From assembly GCA_000004985.1 (NCBI GenBank), contig GG738990.1: 12,526 nucleotides of DNA, one strand, 5' to 3'. How positions within the stretch are numbered: the stretch's first letter is position 1; each line of letters opens with the position of its first letter. A program made the position numbers and the translations under genes. Shown here piece by piece: positions 8,601-12,526 of the stretch. The notes under the pieces are model-generated. The model saw only the letters and a program-made list of their open reading frames with translations. It did not search any database and was not told where the DNA came from. Source of the stretch: Naegleria gruberi (taxonomy: Eukaryota).

Positions 8601-9080
8601 NNNNNNNNNNNNNNNNNNNNNNNNNNNNNNNNNNNNNNNNNNNNNNNNNNNNNNNNNNNNNNNNNNNNNNNNNNNNNNNNNNNNNNNNNNNNNNNNNNNN
8701 NNNNNNNNNNNNNNNNNNNNNNNNNNNNNNNNNNNNNNNNNNNNNNNNNNNNNNNNNNNNNNNNNNNNNNNNNNNNNNNNNNNNNNNNNNNNNNNNNNNN
8801 NNNNNNNNNNNNNNNNNNNNNNNNNNNNNNNNNNNNNNNNNNNNNNNNNNNNNNNNNNNNNNNNNNNNNNNNNNNNNNNNNNNNNNNNNNNNNNNNNNNN
8901 NNNNNNNNNNNNNNNNNNNNNNNNNNNNNNNNNNNNNNNNNNNNNNNNNNNNNNNNNNNNNNNNNNNNNNNNNNNNNNNNNNNNNNNNNNNNNNNNNNNN
9001 NNNNNNNNNNNNNNNNNNNNNNNNNNNNNNNNNNNNNNNNNNNNNNNNNNNNNNNNNNNNNNNNNNNNNNNNNNNNNNNN
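5624..9080. other. run of N (masked or unsequenced, 3457 nt); an isolated n also at 9173
   Basis: Literal n characters. The track ORFs 5418..9194, 5563..9084, 5586..9158 and most of 5620..9513 are X artefacts. Confidence 1.
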
Positions 9081-9474
9081 ATAGTCCTTTACTTGTTTCG
9101 ATGTAAATGTCTCCTCTCCAAACATGTTTACCAAATACATTACTTTCCAAAGTTTTAAATAGTGTAATAGTTNTGCGTAATAGGATTGATTCAATATCTA
9201 TATCCATTTCCTGAGCTGCCTCTTCGCATTTTTCATCCACAAGTGCACCATTATAAAGTAAACATTCAATTATCTCAATATAATTTCCCATAATTGCAGC
9301 GTAGAGAGGAGAAACCTCCCCTTCATTGACACTAATATTTCTGAATTGCAATAATAATTTGACAATTTCCAAATATCCTCTTTTGCATGCTGCATAAAGT
9401 GGCGTAGTTAAATAAGGATAATCACTACTATCGTGCTCTAAAGTACTATAAACATATTCATTATTCGTTGGTTC
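9081..9474 (-). CDS. ankyrin-repeat protein, exon 2 (partial; continues into the N block)
   Basis: The frame is open from 9474 down to the gap edge. It encodes EPTNNEYVYSTLEHDSSDYPYLTTPLYAACKRGYLEIVKLLLQFRNISVNEGEVSPLYAAIMGNYIEIIECLLYNGALVDEK… (two more ANK repeats) and then non-repeat sequence. It joins in phase 0 to exon 1 across a GTAAGT…CAG intron. Confidence 0.7.
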
Positions 9475-9517
9475 CTGACACAATGAAAAAATTACTAAAC
9501 AGGAACTATCCACTTAC
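9475..9517 (-). other. spliceosomal intron, 43 nt (GTAAGT…tgtgtCAG)
   Basis: Minus strand: …AAT TAT GAT|GTAAGTggatagttcctgtttagtaattttttcattgtgtcAG|GAA CCA ACG…. The donor matches the fungal/metazoan consensus GTAAGT. A pyrimidine-rich stretch precedes the CAG. Splicing joins two ANK-repeat reading frames that otherwise differ by one frame, and it removes the in-frame TAG at 9508..9506. Confidence 0.75.
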
Positions 9518-9967
9518 ATCATAATTGAAAATAGCTCTGTTAACTTCAATATCCTCAAATTTCAATAACCATTTAACCATTTCATAATCACCTATTTTAC
9601 AAGCATAATACAGTGGAAAATCTTGTTTATCATAATGTTGAAATGAAGTACTCATTAGATAACAACCATCATTAACATTTATGCCATCAATTGTTAATAA
9701 TAACTTTACAATATCTCTAAAACCCCGCATATAGGCAGCAAATAGATTTGAACAATAATCTGTATAGCAGTGCACTCCCTTGTTGATATTGACTCGTCGT
9801 CCCGTAGCTAATAATAATTTAACAATTGCAATATTTCCGAGTTTACAAGCAGCATATAATGGAGAGGAATAGGAATATTGATCATTAATATCAACTACTT
9901 CATCACCTGATAATAATAATTGAACTTGCGAAACATCACCATTCTTACAGGCTTTGTTGAGAGACAT
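9518..9967 (-). CDS. ankyrin-repeat protein, exon 1 (ATG at 9967; four ANK repeats)
   Basis: ATG at 9967..9965 in the context aaaaaaATGt. It encodes MSLNKACKNGDVSQVQLLLSG…PLYAACKLGNIAIVKLLLATGRRVNINKG…LFAAYMRGFRDIVKLLLTIDGINVNDG…PLYYACKIGDYEMVKWLLKFEDIEVNRAIFNYD. The ANK repeat consensus (-PL--A---G-–-VK-LL--GA-VN) has a period of about 33 aa. Confidence 0.8.
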
Positions 9968-10149
9968 TTTTTTAATTACTTTTTACTGCAAATTTGAATT
10001 TTGCACTCGATAATTGAACCTTTTGTTTGGGTTTTTTAATTGTACAACTTTCCTTTACTTGAGTATTGCGGCAAATGGTTTTTTACTTGGGAACTTTACA
10101 TATATTAATTTATTAAGAATTTACAGAATAACTGAATAAGAAGCCGACA

Positions 10150-10161
10150 TAGCTCAGTTGG
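10150..10161 (+). promoter_or_regulatory. internal Pol III A box (TAGCTCAGTTGG)
   Basis: Matches TRGCNNAGTGG at tRNA positions 8-19. Confidence 0.6.
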
Positions 10162-10193
10162 GAGAGCGTAAGACTGAAGATCTTAAGGTCCCT

Positions 10194-10204
10194 GGTTCGA
10201 TCCC
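10194..10204 (+). promoter_or_regulatory. internal Pol III B box (GGTTCGATCCC)
   Basis: Matches GGTTCGANTCC at tRNA positions 52-62. Confidence 0.6.
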
Positions 10205-10217
10205 TGGTGTCGGCAAA

Positions 10218-10221
10218 TTTT
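10218..10221 (+). terminator. Pol III terminator T-run (TTTT), 3 nt after the tRNA 3' end
   Basis: aaTTTTag lies immediately downstream of the discriminator base. Confidence 0.5.
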
Positions 10222-10557
10222 AGTGTCTTTGATAATGCTTGTTTTGGTTGTTTGATTTTCCTTTGTATTCATCTTTTTAGATATTTGTACAACAGATTCC
10301 AATTCTGCACAATCAATGAGCTCGGTAGAGCTTGAAATCTTCTTGATGGCATTAAAATCCAAATGAATTGTAGTGACTGGAATTTCTTTTTCTGGAATTC
10401 CATCATCAAAGAAGAAAACTTCTTCCTCCTCTTCCTCAGGTTTTGATGTAAATGACGAAATTGATTTAATAACATTAGATACGATGATAATGCATTTGTA
10501 ATAAATCAAATCTGAAATGAAAAGTTCAATAAATAATTTTTAAAAAAAAATAGCACG

Positions 10558-11385
10558 ATGAGTCTTTGCTTGTTAACCGATAACGAATTGATGTGTTCCG
10601 ATACATTGATGCACTCATTTCTATTTCTTGATTTATCAACCTTGATTGCTTCATGCTCTCTAGTTTCCAAACAATTCAATCGAGTGGCAAAGAGCAATCC
10701 AATATGGCAAATATTATATGACAAGTGGATGTTTGATAATATGAATGAATTAATCATGAGGAATTTATTAATTGTTTTAAATTATCAAGTGATCAGGAAA
10801 AGCAGGAAATTATAGAAGATTGGACTGAACCAAATGACATGGGCCCTTTTTATTGGTTTCGTAAATGTATGGAAATATTAGAATGTTTGCCAAGATTGGA
10901 TTTAAAAGATGAGGAAGGTGAATATGGAACATTTTACTACAAACTGAATAATCGTAATGCAGCAACTGAATCCCACTTAAAGTTGGCTACCATTTTGGCA
11001 ATAATTTATGGTGACTATTCCTTTTCACTTCTTTCAGATTCTGTTGTGATTGCATTGAGAGGTTACTTGACAGAGAGTGAAATTGGAACTACGAGAAACA
11101 GAGAATACTAATCTTTGTGTGGCTCCATTTGTGAGTGGAATGTGGATGAATGGATTGATTGATGTTAAGGAATGTTGTTTCTTCAATGTTATGGACGCAT
11201 GTGGCTATTATAATCCATTAAATGGAGAGCTTTCCTATTCAAATGAATCAGATGAAGGAGGATTTTCATGGTGTCCCAGATTCTTCAATGCAAGTGGTAG
11301 ATATTATATCAACACGATTTGTGCATCCAATATTGGACCTAGTTCTATTAAAGTGGAGAAATCAGAACGTTTCGACTATTACTAG
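10558..11385 (+). CDS. F-box-like domain protein, read in three successive frames (disrupted gene, or unresolved very short introns)
   Basis: ATG at 10558 in the context aaaaaaatagcacgATGa. The N-terminus LLTDNELMCSDTLMHSFLFLDLSTLIASCSLVSKQFNRVAKSNPIWQ fits the F-box pattern (L.D.EL…L..L…L….VSK.w). Frame 1 stops at 10813..10815. Frame 0 is open 10761..11108 (…SSDQEKQEIIEDWTEPNDMGPFYWFRKCMEILECLPRLDLKDEEGEYGTFYYKLNNRNAATESHLKLATILAIIYGDYSFSLLSDSVVIALRGYLTESEIGTTRNREY). Frame 1 is open again 11071..11382 (…NTNLCVAPFVSGMWMNGLIDVKECCFFNVMDACGYYNPLNGELSYSNESDEGGFSWCPRFFNASGRYYINTICASNIGPSSIKVEKSERFDYY). The F-box is paralogous to the N-terminus of the next gene (LVSKQFNRV…WQILYDKWMF versus LISKQLKVREYLEKYWKMVLYQ). 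Confidence 0.5.
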
Positions 11386-11534
11386 ATATGGATGCACCAA
11401 TGTTTGAAGATCTTTGAAAATTGAGTTCTGCATCAAGTAACAGATCCTTTCATTAGATTAAATTCACATTTATTTGAAAAATTAGTTTACAATGAACTTT
11501 AGGAGAGAACTCAATCGGAAGAAAAAGAAAAAAA

Positions 11535-12117
11535 ATGCCACAACAACTCGTTGATCTTCCTCACGAACTGATTCTTCACATGATGGAATTTGTCATCATT
11601 ACCGATAATAGAACGATACGATTCGAGTCAAATATTAAAAATTTATGTAATTTTGAATTAATTTCCAAGCAATTAAAGGTTCGGGAATATTTGGAGAAAT
11701 ATTGGAAGATGGTCTTGTATCAATTTATTCATATTAGATTGGAAATTAATGAGGATGGAAAGGAGATGATTCAACCAATCAATCCTTGGGATGTTTGGAA
11801 GAAAAAAGATCAAACATTACAGGAATTTGTGGAGAGGAAGAGGTCGTTTAAGAGAAGTTTTGCAATTTTGAATGAAATGGAAAGGAGAAACTATTTGAAT
11901 ACCAATAAGGCTAATTTTAAACTTTGCATAACTGGACCTGGTGGATCAGGAATTCATAGTTTCATTCATAGATATTTAAATGATGTATTTTATGATCAAT
12001 ATGATTATTCAATAGATGACATATTTTACAAAACTATCCTATTTAATGAGAGAAAAGTTGAATTAGAAATTTGGGAGACTGGTTTTAGGAGTACTGATTA
12101 TTACTTGTTCCTGGAAT
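11535..12117 (+). CDS. F-box-like N-terminus plus the first half of a Ras-superfamily G domain (exon 1)
   Basis: ATG at 11535 in the context agaaaaaaaATGc. LVDLPHELILHMMEFVIITDNRTIRFESNIKNLCNFELISKQLKV fits the F-box pattern (LsdLPdEiLl.I…L). From about residue 134, NFKLCITGPGGSGIHSFIHRYLNDVFYDQYDYSIDDIFYKTILFNERKVELEIWETGFRS aligns residue-for-residue with Ras [61 protein letters not shown]. The exon ends in phase 1 at a GTAAGT donor. Confidence 0.75.
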
Positions 12118-12157
12118 GTAAGTTTCTATAATATTGTGTAGTATTTACATGAATTAG
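12118..12157 (+). other. spliceosomal intron, 40 nt (GTAAGT…aattAG)
   Basis: …ctg gaa t|GTAAGTttctataatattgtgtagtatttacatgaattAG|ca aaa cta…. The splice removes the TAA at 12129..12131 and restores the frame. The product …LFLE-S-KLKGARGYIVLLPIHADVDKYGVFERIIKSIVYMHDDESVPLLIGITQIDK aligns with Ras …[46 protein letters not shown]. The alternative acceptor at 12208 (a 91-nt intron) is also in frame, but it would delete the beta-4/alpha-3 segment. Confidence 0.6.
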
Positions 12158-12525
12158 CAAAACTAAAAGGAGCAAGGGGATATATTGTGCTTTTACCGAT
12201 ACACGCAGATGTTGACAAGTATGGGGTTTTTGAAAGAATTATTAAATCTATTGTATACATGCATGATGACGAATCAGTACCATTATTAATAGGTATCACT
12301 CAAATTGATAAGTTGGAGACCAATAGCTCACTAAATTTGGATCAAGTTAAACAAAAAGTTACTGATATAATGAATGTGTACTCGTGTTTAGATTTTGAAA
12401 TTGTTGAAACAAGTTCCAAGAGTAATATTAATATTCATACAGTCATAGAAAAAGCCCTTCTAAAAGGATATTTCTTCGAAGGATCCAAATATTGCAATAG
12501 AAGATTATTATGGAGAGGGTTATAA
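12158..12525 (+). CDS. second half of the Ras-like G domain (exon 2), with TAA at 12523..12525
   Basis: It encodes beta4-alpha3-beta5 (G4 position TQID in place of NKxD), alpha4, beta6 (ETSSKS; G5 SAK becomes SSK) and alpha5 (NINIHTVIEKALLKGY), then a short tail ending …CNRRLLWRGL* with no CAAX box. The track ORF 12187..12525 begins at a GTG inside this exon. Confidence 0.7.
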
Positions 12526-12526
12526 A

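Larger units (their letters stand above)
10143..10215 (+). tRNA. tRNA-Phe (anticodon GAA), eukaryotic cytoplasmic type
   Basis: 73 nt, GCCGACATAGCTCAGTTGGGAGAGCGTAAGACTGAAGATCTTAAGGTCCCTGGTTCGATCCCTGGTGTCGGCA. The 7-bp acceptor stem GCCGACA/TGTCGGC is fully paired. The D stem is GCTC/GAGC. The anticodon stem TAAGA/TCTTA closes a loop CTGAAGA, so the anticodon is GAA. The T stem is CCTGG/CCAGG with loop TTCGATC. The discriminator is A and there is no encoded CCA. It is followed by TTTT. Confidence 0.95.

Noticed and set aside
10336-10420. Short GGAATT…GGAATTCC direct or palindromic repeat in the spacer between the tRNA and the F-box gene
   Set aside because: It is a single short occurrence containing an EcoRI-like palindrome. 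It has no periodicity and no partner elsewhere in the window.
10269-10757. Minus-strand ORFs 10269..10475 and 10506..10757
   Set aside because: The first overlaps ORF 10183..10509 in another frame. The second is antisense to the F-box coding sequence. Both are short and hydrophobic or low-complexity, as expected by chance in AT-rich DNA.
10774-11101. Mini-introns of 23-25 nt as the explanation for frame switches in the F-box gene and kinase gene
   Set aside because: GT and AG dinucleotides at suitable spacing are expected by chance. The donors are weak. Intervals of 23-25 nt are below the functional minimum in organisms with GTAAGT-type introns. The 32-nt and 40-nt options are kept as open possibilities in the findings.
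11222-11407. Plus-strand 61-aa ORF overlapping the end of the F-box-like gene in another frame
   Set aside because: It could mark a further frame slip of that already disrupted gene. It is no better supported than the frame-1 reading that ends at 11385, so it is not called separately.
12118-12208. Alternative 91-nt intron (acceptor cgcAG at 12206..12208) for the F-box-GTPase gene
   Set aside because: It is also in frame, but it would delete the beta-4 and alpha-3 region (GARGYIVLLPIHA) that aligns with Ras. The 40-nt intron ending at the TAG at 12155..12157 gives the better-conserved fold.
1-12526. Prokaryotic interpretation (operon, defence system, CRISPR, mobile element)
   Set aside because: The tRNA is of eukaryotic type and there are spliceosomal introns with GTAAGT donors. 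No RBS motifs are present. The domains (F-box, ankyrin, Ras-like, dual Ser/Thr kinase) and the AATAAA-type 3' signal all point to nuclear eukaryotic DNA. No repeat array or integrase/transposase signature is visible in the unmasked parts.

Overview
This 12.5 kb window is AT-rich (about 30% GC), gene-dense eukaryotic nuclear DNA. It is not prokaryotic: there are no operons, Shine-Dalgarno sites, CRISPR arrays or defence-island structure.

Evidence for a eukaryotic origin:
- A canonical cytoplasmic-type tRNA-Phe(GAA) with internal A and B boxes and a T4 terminator.
- Two short spliceosomal introns (43 nt and 40 nt) that begin GTAAGT and end YAG.
- A-rich contexts before each ATG.
- Asn/Ser/Gln-rich low-complexity coding sequence.
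- Kinase, ankyrin, F-box and Ras-fold domains.
- Intergenic spacers of only about 90-180 bp. The taxon cannot be fixed from sequence alone; a compact fungal or protist-like genome is most likely.

About 38% of the window is N-masked (1153..2434 and 5624..9080, plus a single n at 9173). Every ORF in the supplied track that runs through Xs is an artefact. The track also 'starts' ORFs at GTG or TTG, which I do not accept as eukaryotic starts.

Genes I can support, from left to right:
1. 333..818, minus strand: a complete 161-aa low-complexity protein of unknown function.
2. 906..1145, minus strand: the Ser/Arg/Asp-rich C-terminal segment of a gene whose body is hidden in the first N block.
3. 2520..4365, minus strand: a tandem dual protein-kinase gene. 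Domain 1 has atypical YGD and DFD motifs. Domain 2 has canonical HRDLKPQN and VAALK but DHD in place of DFG. The reading frame is broken twice, once exactly inside a (CT)3 run. This is either a pseudogene or assembly indels.
4. 4544..5554, minus strand: an intronless three-His-box membrane fatty-acid-desaturase-family protein of 336 aa.
5. 9081..9967, minus strand: an ankyrin-repeat protein with at least six ANK repeats and one 43-nt intron, running on into the second N block.
6. 10143..10215, plus strand: tRNA-Phe(GAA).
7. 10558..11385, plus strand: an F-box-like gene read in three consecutive frames. It is either disrupted or has mini-introns.
8. 11535..12525, plus strand: a paralogous F-box-like N-terminus fused to a Ras-superfamily G domain. 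Its nucleotide-binding motifs are degenerate (the P-loop lysine is Ile; G3 DTAGQ is ETGFR; G4 NKxD is TQID). It is split by a 40-nt GTAAGT...TAG intron.

The item I consider most worth following up is the F-box-pseudoGTPase fusion sitting next to a paralogous F-box gene. The dual-kinase locus, with matching D-x-D substitutions at the DFG position in both domains, is the second.
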